Shown piece after piece: positions 29,933 through 39,171 of a stretch of DNA of 64,000 nucleotides. Each line of letters opens with the position of its first letter. The stretch's first letter is position 1. The stretch comes from an uncultured Myxococcales bacterium (GTDB taxonomy: Bacteria; Myxococcota; UBA727; JABDBI01). The notes under the pieces are model-generated. The model saw only the letters and a program-made list of their open reading frames with translations. It searched no databases and was not told where the DNA came from. The stretch covers positions 9,611 to 73,610 of the forward strand of contig CAZBMJ010000001.1 of the NCBI GenBank assembly GCA_964493205.1, in the 5' to 3' direction. The translations under genes and the position numbers were made by a program.

Positions 29933-31384
29933 ATGTTACAACGAATTTATTGCTTATTAATTATTTTACTTTTTACTTTTACTTTATCTGCTGAAAATTT
30001 TGATTTTATAAATAGTTATCATATTAATAATCTTCATAAAAAAGGCATAAGTGGTGAGAATTATGAAGTAGGTATTCTTGAAAAAGGTTTAATTAATCAT
30101 TGTTCTCTTAATAATATACAATCTATAAGTGGTAGTTATAAAACAGATGTGGACCCTCATGCTAATCACGTAGCTGCCATATTAGCGGGTAATAGGTGCG
30201 AATCAGGTGATTTTAAAGGTGGTGTTTTAAAAAATGCTCAATTAGTACAAGCGCCCATTAACACTTATTTTGAACTAAAAAATGAAACACAATATAATTA
30301 CACCGATAATATCATTGATGCCCTTGAAGCTTTAGCTAAAAAAACTAAAATAATTAATTTTTCTCAAAGTTTTACAGATGTAAAGCGCACAACTTGGGGA
30401 TTTTCTAGAGAAAAATTTCATAAATTTTCTGATGAACAGATTGAACGCATAAAAAATATTTTAATTACAAATAATGCTGTTTTAATAAAAACTGCTTCTA
30501 ATGAAAGTAAGTATAGATTTGGAGAGGAAGATAGTGCAACGTATGGTATTCTTCAATTATTAAAGGCAGGGCTTGAAGATTATATATTGATTGTAACTAA
30601 CCTTGAATATGTGGATAGTCAAGATCTTAAAAATGAACGTGATTTTTACTTAGGTATGCAAGATTTAGTCAAAATTCTTGACCATAAAAAAAACGAAAAA
30701 ATAGAATACCATAAGCTTGGAACTATTATGAGCGATTATATTATTAATACGATGGAATATGAAAAAACTAATAGTTTTACTAAAGAGGAGTTGGTCAATG
30801 CAATTCCAGAACTATATACTGATTCTACGACACTCGAGCTATTTATGAAAGGAGGAGATGTTGAAGAGGGACTAAGAAAAGATTATCCCAAAATAGCAGG
30901 CTTTATTTCTGAGTTAGTTAAAGAAATTAATTTATTTATTACTATTAGGCCAACTATTAGCGATAAAAGTCAAATAGATGATCTAACGTATGAAGAAATT
31001 ATAGATTCTGCACAAAAAGAGATAAATAATCTAGCCCGGCTTCCTCAAGGAGAAGAACAAAATTTTGAGAATGCTGGTAAACTGAGAACTATGATTGCTG
31101 GAAATAATGAAATAGTGCAAAGAAATTTTATTGCTGCCTATGGAACTAATATTTATTCAGCTGGTAAAAATTTTAATGAATTTAAAACTGATACTGGTAG
31201 TAGTCAGGCTGCTCCTATTGTAACTGGTATAGCTGTATTGCTTCATGAATATTTGCGTAAAGAAAATAAAAATATTTCTTTTGTTGATGTTATTAAAATA
31301 ATCAAAGAAAATGCACGTCAAATAGGGGATGCTAGTTCTTTTGGTAGAGGAATTCTAGATGTTAAAAAACTTTTTAAAGATTAA
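29933..31384 (+). CDS. secreted subtilisin-like (S8 family) peptidase, with Glu at the catalytic-Asp position
   Basis: Signal peptide MLQRIYCLLIILLFTFTLSA. His motif HANHVAAILAGN, Asn motif TASNES and Ser motif GSSQAAPIVTG. The segment VGILEKG aligns to subtilisin VAVIDSG. The start codon is ambiguous (29873, 29921 or 29933). Confidence 0.6.
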   Translation: MLQRIYCLLIILLFTFTLSAENFDFINSYHINNLHKKGISGENYEVGILEKGLINHCSLNNIQSISGSYKTDVDPHANHVAAILAGNRCESGDFKGGVLKNAQLVQAPINTYFELKNETQYNYTDNIIDALEALAKKTKIINFSQSFTDVKRTTWGFSREKFHKFSDEQIERIKNILITNNAVLIKTASNESKYRFGEEDSATYGILQLLKAGLEDYILIVTNLEYVDSQDLKNERDFYLGMQDLVKILDHKKNEKIEYHKLGTIMSDYIINTMEYEKTNSFTKEELVNAIPELYTDSTTLELFMKGGDVEEGLRKDYPKIAGFISELVKEINLFITIRPTISDKSQIDDLTYEEIIDSAQKEINNLARLPQGEEQNFENAGKLRTMIAGNNEIVQRNFIAAYGTNIYSAGKNFNEFKTDTGSSQAAPIVTGIAVLLHEYLRKENKNISFVDVIKIIKENARQIGDASSFGRGILDVKKLFKD

Positions 31385-31449
31385 ATATTAGCATTATTAC
31401 TGTATTAAATTATATGCTTAACAAGTGTAGAATATTGGAATAAAAAATC

Positions 31450-32262
31450 TTGTTAAGTATAGACCAAAAAATAAATATAAAAAATTTTGTTTGGCCTTGG
31501 CTATTTTCATTTTTATTATGCTCATTAGCAATTTTCTTATTTATTCTTAGTATTTTTATTGAAGTGCCATTAAAAATTTCAGGAAAAGGCTGGTTTTTAA
31601 TGCATGGAGAGATTCATCAAATTACTAGTCTTCATCATGGTATTATTGACGAGTGGTTAGTAAAAGAAGGTGATAATGTAGAAATTTCTCAAATAGTTGC
31701 AAAAATTATAAGTGAAGAAGATCCTACAAAATTCATAGAAATAAGAAGTTTGCATAAGGGTATAATGGCTGAAATTTTAGCTTTTAGTGGATCTAAAGTG
31801 GTATTTGGACAATCATTAGCATTGATTACTCCTCATGGTGACAAGCACCAAGATTTACAAATAATGGCTTTTGTTTCATCGCTAGATGGTAAAAAGATTA
31901 GACCAGGTATGGCTGTAGAAGTTTTTCCAAGTATTACAGATTTTCATCAAAATGGATATTTAGTTGCGCAAGTTTCAGAAGTTTCTAAGCTGCCAATAGC
32001 TAAATCTGCGCTGTATTCACTCATAAAAATACCTGAGTTGGCTAAGTATATAAGACAAAGTGTGCAAGCTGAGCCTTTTGTTATATCTTTAAAGCCTGTT
32101 TTAAATAGTAATCATAAAACTGGTTATTTGTGGCAGGGTAAGGGTCCATTATTTGCTCTAGATTCTGGTATTATTGCTGATGTTTATGTTATTTATGAAT
32201 ATTCAAGTATACTAAAACTCATATGGCCATCTTTTCATAATCTTTTATTTAGAGATGAATAA
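31450..32262 (+). CDS. short HlyD-like membrane-fusion/accessory protein lacking the alpha-helical hairpin
   Basis: N-terminal TM helix and two lipoyl-like half motifs separated by only ~25 aa. TTG start. Translationally coupled to the next gene. Confidence 0.5.
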   Translation: MLSIDQKINIKNFVWPWLFSFLLCSLAIFLFILSIFIEVPLKISGKGWFLMHGEIHQITSLHHGIIDEWLVKEGDNVEISQIVAKIISEEDPTKFIEIRSLHKGIMAEILAFSGSKVVFGQSLALITPHGDKHQDLQIMAFVSSLDGKKIRPGMAVEVFPSITDFHQNGYLVAQVSEVSKLPIAKSALYSLIKIPELAKYIRQSVQAEPFVISLKPVLNSNHKTGYLWQGKGPLFALDSGIIADVYVIYEYSSILKLIWPSFHNLLFRDE

Positions 32263-34191
32263 ATGTTTAGCAATATAAAAAAAACAAAAAGTTTACTGCA
32301 AATAAATCCTGTGGAATGCGGTGCTGTTTGTCTTAGTATTGTATTAAAATATTTTAGAATAAATCATAATCTTAATGAATTAAATAATAGTATAGGATTA
32401 TCATCTGCTGGCTGTAATGCCTTAAATTTAATTGAAACTATAAAGAAGTACTCTTTAAATGCTGAAGCAAAAAAATATTTATCTAATGATGTAAAAAAAG
32501 ATTCTCATATGCAAATTTTATTGTTTAATAACAGCCATTTTGTTGTTTATGAAGGATTTTATCATAAAAAATACTATATTAACGATCCAGCCTGTGGTCG
32601 TTATTGTTTAGCTGAATCAGAATTTAAAAAAAAATATTCTAATTTTAGTATTATTATTTTAAATAATCTTAATAATAATTTTTTTAAGATGCTTAAAAAT
32701 ATAAATATTAAAAATTATATAAATAATATATTTTTATATTTATGTGGATTTTTAGTTGGATTATTATTTTGTTTTATAAGCTTTACTGTAAGTAATTTAA
32801 TGTTTAAATCTTTAATTTCAAAACATTATTTAAGTTTAATTTTTTTTATTTTTATATTTTTTAATTATTTTTTATTTTTATATTTTGATAAATTAAATTT
32901 ATTATTATCTGTTAAATATTATAAAAAATTATTAATAAATATTTTTAATGTTAAACCAGACTTTTTTAATAATAACCCGTCTTATTTAGTTTCTAGTAAA
33001 ATCATAAATGACTTTTTTAGTTTTTTACAAAACAAAAAGCACGCTATAAGAACACCAATTTTTACTGGAATAGTTTTTTCTTTAATTTTTTCATTTTTTG
33101 TTTCTAATAAAAATATTTTTTTATCTTTATTATTAATATTAGGTTTTTTACTTGTAATTTTATTAGTTTTTAAAAATAAAATACAAGAATTTTTACGAGA
33201 AAAAGAACAATTTAGTTCTACCATTTCTTTTGCCCTTTTTAATAGCTTATCTTTTAATAAGGGATGGCAGCAAGAATCAAATAACCAAAAATCAATAAGA
33301 TCTTTAATGAAAAGTGAGTTTTTATTTTTATCAATTAATTTTAATAAGATTATTTTATATAATTTTCTTCGTCATATGAATAGTATCTGCTTTTTATTTA
33401 GTGTATTATTATTAAGCGTAGTTGGTTTTTCTGAAATGCATGTTGGTCGTATTTATATTTCAGAATTAATGGCCTTATTATTTTCTTTACCTTTGTTGTA
33501 TTTTCTTCTTAATTATTTATTGATATATAATAATAGTGATAATAATGCAGGTGATTTAAGATTAGAATATGAAGGTTTAAAAAAAGAAAATTTTAGCTCT
33601 TTAAACTTAAAAATAGAAAAGAATAAAATATATGCTTTAATAACTGTTTCAGAGCGGGAAAAAATAGAATTTTTAACTGATTTAACTAATAATAAAAAAT
33701 ATGATTTTTTATATTCTTTAATAAACAATGAGAGCTCTTTGATTAATGGAAGCATTATTGAAAATATTTGCTTAGCTACTTTTGAACATAATGAACAAAA
33801 AATTATAAAAGCATTAGAGCTAGCTTGTATTAATGAAATTTATTTTAATAGACCAATGGGTTTGTTAACTTTTATTGATAAGTATGGAAGCACTATTAGT
33901 CATGGCCAAAAAAAGCGTTTGTTATTGGCTAGAAGCTTATTTTATAATCCAGAATTATTATTACTCGATGATTTTTTTGATGCTCTCCATCAAGAAGTAG
34001 TTATAAAAATTTTAGAGAACTTAAAAAAGATACAAATTACTACTATTTTTACAGCTACCCGTGAATTTGAGCTATTGCAAGCTCATGAAATAATTTTTTT
34101 ACATAATAATAAAGTAGTGCAAGGAACTCATGAAGAGCTCTTAAGAAGCAATAAGCATTATCAAGGAATTTTTGTCAAATGGACAATTTAA
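32263..34191 (+). CDS. ABC half-transporter with an N-terminal C39 peptidase domain and a degenerate NBD
   Basis: C39 motifs QINPVECGAVC (Cys), NSHFVVYEGF (His) and NDPACG (Asp). A TMD follows. The NBD has no Walker A and carries signature ISHGQ, Walker B LLLDD (no Glu) and no H-loop His. Confidence 0.7.
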   Translation: MFSNIKKTKSLLQINPVECGAVCLSIVLKYFRINHNLNELNNSIGLSSAGCNALNLIETIKKYSLNAEAKKYLSNDVKKDSHMQILLFNNSHFVVYEGFYHKKYYINDPACGRYCLAESEFKKKYSNFSIIILNNLNNNFFKMLKNINIKNYINNIFLYLCGFLVGLLFCFISFTVSNLMFKSLISKHYLSLIFFIFIFFNYFLFLYFDKLNLLLSVKYYKKLLINIFNVKPDFFNNNPSYLVSSKIINDFFSFLQNKKHAIRTPIFTGIVFSLIFSFFVSNKNIFLSLLLILGFLLVILLVFKNKIQEFLREKEQFSSTISFALFNSLSFNKGWQQESNNQKSIRSLMKSEFLFLSINFNKIILYNFLRHMNSICFLFSVLLLSVVGFSEMHVGRIYISELMALLFSLPLLYFLLNYLLIYNNSDNNAGDLRLEYEGLKKENFSSLNLKIEKNKIYALITVSEREKIEFLTDLTNNKKYDFLYSLINNESSLINGSIIENICLATFEHNEQKIIKALELACINEIYFNRPMGLLTFIDKYGSTISHGQKKRLLLARSLFYNPELLLLDDFFDALHQEVVIKILENLKKIQITTIFTATREFELLQAHEIIFLHNNKVVQGTHEELLRSNKHYQGIFVKWTI

Positions 34192-36125
34192 TTTTAAATT
34201 TAGCTAAATTACGAAAAGTTAGCGCTAATAAAGAAGAAAAGTCTTTGGATTGTGCAGTGCTTTTCTATTTACTTGATCATGCAAGAAATTTTTTTAACAT
34301 ACCATCAAAAATTACTTTTAATTTTTTTATAACAAATACTTTTATTACAGTTTTATATGAATTATGCAAACAAGCTCAATTAAATTTTATTGAATTTAAT
34401 GATTTCAATACTAAATATTTAAATGCTTTTTTACCATTAATTGGAGTTCATAAAAAAAGTTTTTCTTTTTCTTTATTTATTCCTTATGGATTAAGTAAGT
34501 ATAAAATTATTGAGTATGAAAATAAAAACAAAAATATAGTATCAAAAAATATGTTAAAGGACGACTATGTTTTACTAGGAGCTTTTTATCCAAAGAATAT
34601 AAATCTAAACTCTATTTTTTCATTACATAAAATTATTGTATTTTTAATTTTTTTTTCTTTGTTAGTAATTGCATGCTTTTTATTTGTTAGTTATTTTAAT
34701 TATATTAATAATTTACTTCTTTTGTTGATTTCTTTATTTATTTTTTTGTTTTTCCTGGTGTTTATATATATTTTTATTGTCACTAAACTACCTCTTTTTG
34801 TTCTTATTTGTATGCATAAATTTTATGAAAAGTCTTTAATTCGTCAAGAGCAGAAAAAAATTGAAGATTTTTATGGTATTATTTTTAATTTTATATGGTT
34901 GCTGTTTTTTTGTTTAGTATTGTTATTTAGTGTAATTTCTATTGCTATATTCTTGAAAAATTTTATGTTTATTATTTTTTCTTTAGTGAGTTTATTATTC
35001 TTAATAATATATTTTTATTTTAACATTCAACTTCAAAAATTACAAAGCAAAATAGAATCATCAAAAATAAATATTATTGATAAAACCAATGAATATTTTG
35101 AAATATTTTCTTTTATTTTGTCTTTTAAAAAACAAGAATTTTTTTTTCAAAAAATTATAACATATTTTGATGGTTTATTATTAAATATTATAAAATATAT
35201 TAAATATTTTAATATGAAAATTTTATTTATTATGGCAAGTTCTTTTGCTTGGTTTTTTGTGTTAAATTTATTTATTATTGTTTTTAAGTTAACTATCTTA
35301 GATTGGCAAGTATGGTTTTTATCAGTTTTAAGTGTGATATTTTTGTTTTTTATGGAACGAACTAATAATTATATTTATCTAATGCTAAAATTTTATAAAG
35401 ATTATTTACATTTTTCTACTCAAGATTTTTCTAAAAAAATAAAAGTAAGGCCTGTTCATATAGAAGGTTCTATTGAGTTAATTAATATTTGTTTTTCTTT
35501 TGATGAGCAAAGCTCTTTATTATTTAAAGATTTGTCGCTAAGTATTAAACCAGGAGAAATGGTCGCAATAGTTGCTAAGTCTGGAGCAGGTAAATCTAGC
35601 TTGCTGAGTATACTGGCAGGTATCACTAGGCCTACGAAAGGTTTAGTCGTTTTTGATGGTCAAGATGCACAAAGCCTAGATTTGTTAATGCTTAGTGATT
35701 ATTTTGCTTTAATTACCCATGCCACAAAATTATTTGCAGGCAGTGTTTTTGATAATATTAATTTTGGTCGTAATATTTCTTTTTCAAAAGTTAATAAGCT
35801 TATTAATTCTCATGAGATATTTTCTTCTTTGCTACAGTTGCCAATGGGATTAAATACTTATGTTTTTTGGCATGCAAAAAATATTTCTAGATTTGATTCT
35901 TATCTGATATTTTTGGCCAGAGCATTAATAGAACAACCAAAAGTACTTTTGCTAGATGAAGCTTTGGCTGGATTGAGTATTCAGCAGCAAATCAGCTTAT
36001 TAACTTATTTGAAAAATTTAAATCTAACTTGTGTTATTTCTAGTAACGATTTAGTTCCACAAAATTATTTTGACCAAATATTTGAAATATACGAATTTTC
36101 TTTGAACAAAATCCATCTCGCATAG
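34179..36125 (+). CDS. ABC half-transporter with an N-terminal C39-like domain and a Walker A/B-competent NBD
   Basis: Walker A AKSGAGKSS and Walker B VLLLDEA. The signature is degenerate (ISRFD) and the H-loop is degenerate. Overlaps the upstream gene by 13 nt. Confidence 0.7.
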   Translation: MDNLILNLAKLRKVSANKEEKSLDCAVLFYLLDHARNFFNIPSKITFNFFITNTFITVLYELCKQAQLNFIEFNDFNTKYLNAFLPLIGVHKKSFSFSLFIPYGLSKYKIIEYENKNKNIVSKNMLKDDYVLLGAFYPKNINLNSIFSLHKIIVFLIFFSLLVIACFLFVSYFNYINNLLLLLISLFIFLFFLVFIYIFIVTKLPLFVLICMHKFYEKSLIRQEQKKIEDFYGIIFNFIWLLFFCLVLLFSVISIAIFLKNFMFIIFSLVSLLFLIIYFYFNIQLQKLQSKIESSKINIIDKTNEYFEIFSFILSFKKQEFFFQKIITYFDGLLLNIIKYIKYFNMKILFIMASSFAWFFVLNLFIIVFKLTILDWQVWFLSVLSVIFLFFMERTNNYIYLMLKFYKDYLHFSTQDFSKKIKVRPVHIEGSIELINICFSFDEQSSLLFKDLSLSIKPGEMVAIVAKSGAGKSSLLSILAGITRPTKGLVVFDGQDAQSLDLLMLSDYFALITHATKLFAGSVFDNINFGRNISFSKVNKLINSHEIFSSLLQLPMGLNTYVFWHAKNISRFDSYLIFLARALIEQPKVLLLDEALAGLSIQQQISLLTYLKNLNLTCVISSNDLVPQNYFDQIFEIYEFSLNKIHLA

Positions 36126-36161
36126 CTATATATATTTTTAATAAGCTTGAAAGAGGTTTTT

Positions 36162-39146
36162 GTGCCTAAAGTAGAAAATAATATCGTTCAAAATAGTCAA
36201 AATCTTATTTTAGAAAACATTGATAATAATAAAAAAAATACTTTTAGTATAATGGGTATCAGCATATCTGGCCTTGATTCATCATGCATAAATAATCTTA
36301 ATTTGGTGCTTAATGTAGATTTAGCTGCGGGCAAAAAGAAAATTAGATTTAAAAATAAAGAAGCTCTTCTAGATGTAAGGCCCAATACAAAAGCTTTAAT
36401 TCAAATTAAATTATTTAAAAATATAAACAAACTTGCCATAGAGCAGATTAAAGTTTCTTTTGAAAAAAAACTAATTATTAAAAATCCTGCTTCTTCAATG
36501 AGTTCTAATCCTAATAATTTGACTAATACTATTAAAGACTCATTAGTGGATTTAAAGCTTAAAGAAGTTTTAATAGATCAAGAAGGTAATGTTTCGGTAA
36601 ATTCTAAAATTAAAATTCTTAAATTATTTAATAAAAAAATTAAACCATTAATTAATCCTTTAAAAATGCCTGATCTAGAAGAAATATTTTTATCTAATTT
36701 GGGTATAAGTAATGATGAAAATAGTATTGATAATTTAAACTTAAAAAATCTTTTAAAAGATTTAGGTTGCTTGACTTCTCAAGCATTTTTTAGTCTTGAT
36801 GTTAATGGACCTGTTAAAGACCTTTTTCTAAACGGCAATGGGGTAAAAATAAAAGGTCATCAAGAAATGCTAAAAATTTTTGTTAAAGGTGCTTTTGATC
36901 TAGATAAAGAGGGCGGGCTATCAATAAACATACACAAAGATTATTCACACATACAAAGTAGCTTAGGAAAAACAAATTTTGAAGCAGATATTTATATTCC
37001 TAAAATATATAATGCTAAGAAAAAACCTATAAATTTAAGTTTAAAAGCAAGTATTACCAGCGAAATAAACGATATTTTTATTGAAGCAGCTACTGATAAA
37101 GCTATCACTCAGATGATGCCACGAACGCAAAAAAAAGATGATAAGGCCACAGAATCCATAGTAGATGATTTTAATACATCTTTTGGTAGTAAAAAATTAG
37201 TAGCTACTATGGGTATAGATATTAAGGCTGCATTAGATCCAAAAATGAATATTTCATCAATGAATGGATACGCAAAGATGCGTACAAAATTTACCGATGC
37301 TTTTGGTTTATCAAAAGATAGAGGAATAGAGCTGTCGGGAAAACTTTATACCGATGTTACTATTAACAAATTTAGTTATCATCAAGGCGATGCTTTTATT
37401 AAGAGTAAAGGCAGTGCTGCATTTCTAATAAAACCTTCTCGCAAAATAGAAGAAAAATTTCCTGGTATTAAGCCATTTAATACTAAATATAAATTTAGCA
37501 CTAATAGCACTGCTCAAGCAAAAATAGTACCATCTAGCAAGGGTTTGACACATTTTTTATACCCTGTAAAAAATTTAGAAGGTCATTATGAAAGAATAAA
37601 TAATGATTTAACGAAGAATAATATTTGTGAAATAGGAAGCAAAGAGTATTTTGAACAAATAAAAAGAATTACTGGGGCAAGCATAAGAAATACTCAAAAA
37701 GTTAAGCTTTTAATAGATGGCCAAGCTTCTATGCCAGAGCGAATAAAGCTAATTAATGAAGCAAAAGATTTTATTTGCTTTCAAACCTTAGTTTTTAAAG
37801 GCGATAAAAGTGGTTTAGAATATGCTAATGCTTTAATCAATGCTTCTCAAAGAGGGGTTAAAATTTATGGTATTATAGATTCTCTTGGTAACATTGAGTC
37901 TTTTGATGAACTTGAGCATGAACACCCGATTTATAAATTATTGAAAGAAAATGGGATAAAATTTTATTTATATAATTCTTTTTTAGAAGATGGTTTAAGA
38001 GGCTTATTTAAAATCGTAGATCAGTATCCAAATGTTTTTGGAGTGATGAATGCTAAAAATACTAAAAATATACATCAGATAATTAAATTTTTTCAAAAAA
38101 TTATGGAAGTTATTGATTCTAGCGAAACTAAAGATTTTGATAAAAGCAAAAAACGTGAACTAGCTAGAGCCATGCATACATTGTTTGGTGGTAAAACTGA
38201 AGTCTCTACTCAAACGGCTATTAATGAAATTAGAGAAGCTTTAGAAAGTAATAGACTCGATTTAAATGCCATATTGAGCGCGGTGAAACATTTAAGTGAT
38301 ATTTCTTATAGGTGGCATGAAAAATATTTAGTTGCCGATGGTGATAAAGCTATTATTGGTGGAATGAATATTGCTGATGAGTATTTGATGGGTGGAAGTC
38401 CTGAAATTCTCAACCTTAAGGGAAAAGAACAGCTTGCCTGGCGTGACACAGATGTTTTATTGCATGGCGATGGTGCTTGTGACGTTTATAAAAATTTTCG
38501 TAGAAATTGGTTTTATTTATCCAATCATCGTTTAGAAAAAGGCCCTAAGATTAGTCATCCAAGTACTGGTAAACAGGTAGCTATATTGCAGCATCGGCCT
38601 ATGATCGATCAAGACCACAATATTTCAAATTTTTTGCTCTATAACTTAAGAACTCTTAGCCCAGGACAAAGAGCTTGGTTTGAAACAGCATATTTTTTAC
38701 CACGCGGCGTTTTAAAAATTTTGCAAGAAGAATTAGTCAGTGCAGCTAAAAGGGGAGTAGACGTAAGAATACTAACTAATAGCGAAAAAACTAGTGATTT
38801 TGGTCCGTTGGTAGAATCTTGTATTTTTGACACCAGAGAACTTATTAGGGCGGGAGCTAAAGTTTATCACCGCAACGAAGGCCGTATGGTACATTCTAAA
38901 GTGTCTATTTTTGGTGATAATTTAACGTTGGTGGGCTCTTGGAACTTTGATAATCGTTCAGCTTTTCATGATTCAGAAGATGCTTGCGCTATTTATGACC
39001 AAGAGCTAACAAAAGATATGATTGCTACTTTAGAAAAAGATATGTATGAAGATTCCTATGAAGTTAAATTAGCGGACATAAAAAATCAGCCCATAGCTAA
39101 TGAGTTAAAAAGTGCTGTTATGCTTCTTGGGGCTGAATTGTTTTGA
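36162..39146 (+). CDS. large phospholipase D-superfamily protein (two HKD motifs), N-terminal ~490 aa unassignable
   Basis: GTG start preceded by AAGAGG. HKD motifs WHEKYLVADGD and VHSKVSIFGD. No signal peptide. Confidence 0.7.
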   Translation: MPKVENNIVQNSQNLILENIDNNKKNTFSIMGISISGLDSSCINNLNLVLNVDLAAGKKKIRFKNKEALLDVRPNTKALIQIKLFKNINKLAIEQIKVSFEKKLIIKNPASSMSSNPNNLTNTIKDSLVDLKLKEVLIDQEGNVSVNSKIKILKLFNKKIKPLINPLKMPDLEEIFLSNLGISNDENSIDNLNLKNLLKDLGCLTSQAFFSLDVNGPVKDLFLNGNGVKIKGHQEMLKIFVKGAFDLDKEGGLSINIHKDYSHIQSSLGKTNFEADIYIPKIYNAKKKPINLSLKASITSEINDIFIEAATDKAITQMMPRTQKKDDKATESIVDDFNTSFGSKKLVATMGIDIKAALDPKMNISSMNGYAKMRTKFTDAFGLSKDRGIELSGKLYTDVTINKFSYHQGDAFIKSKGSAAFLIKPSRKIEEKFPGIKPFNTKYKFSTNSTAQAKIVPSSKGLTHFLYPVKNLEGHYERINNDLTKNNICEIGSKEYFEQIKRITGASIRNTQKVKLLIDGQASMPERIKLINEAKDFICFQTLVFKGDKSGLEYANALINASQRGVKIYGIIDSLGNIESFDELEHEHPIYKLLKENGIKFYLYNSFLEDGLRGLFKIVDQYPNVFGVMNAKNTKNIHQIIKFFQKIMEVIDSSETKDFDKSKKRELARAMHTLFGGKTEVSTQTAINEIREALESNRLDLNAILSAVKHLSDISYRWHEKYLVADGDKAIIGGMNIADEYLMGGSPEILNLKGKEQLAWRDTDVLLHGDGACDVYKNFRRNWFYLSNHRLEKGPKISHPSTGKQVAILQHRPMIDQDHNISNFLLYNLRTLSPGQRAWFETAYFLPRGVLKILQEELVSAAKRGVDVRILTNSEKTSDFGPLVESCIFDTRELIRAGAKVYHRNEGRMVHSKVSIFGDNLTLVGSWNFDNRSAFHDSEDACAIYDQELTKDMIATLEKDMYEDSYEVKLADIKNQPIANELKSAVMLLGAELF

Positions 39147-39171
39147 TGTATTTATAAAACTTGGTGTTTTC

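Noticed and set aside
36162-36320. Double-glycine leader at the N-terminus of the PLD protein
   Set aside because: The first ~60 residues contain no LSxxELxxIxGG-type motif and no GG/GA/GS dipeptide in the right context. A cargo role is kept only as a hypothesis, not called as a feature.
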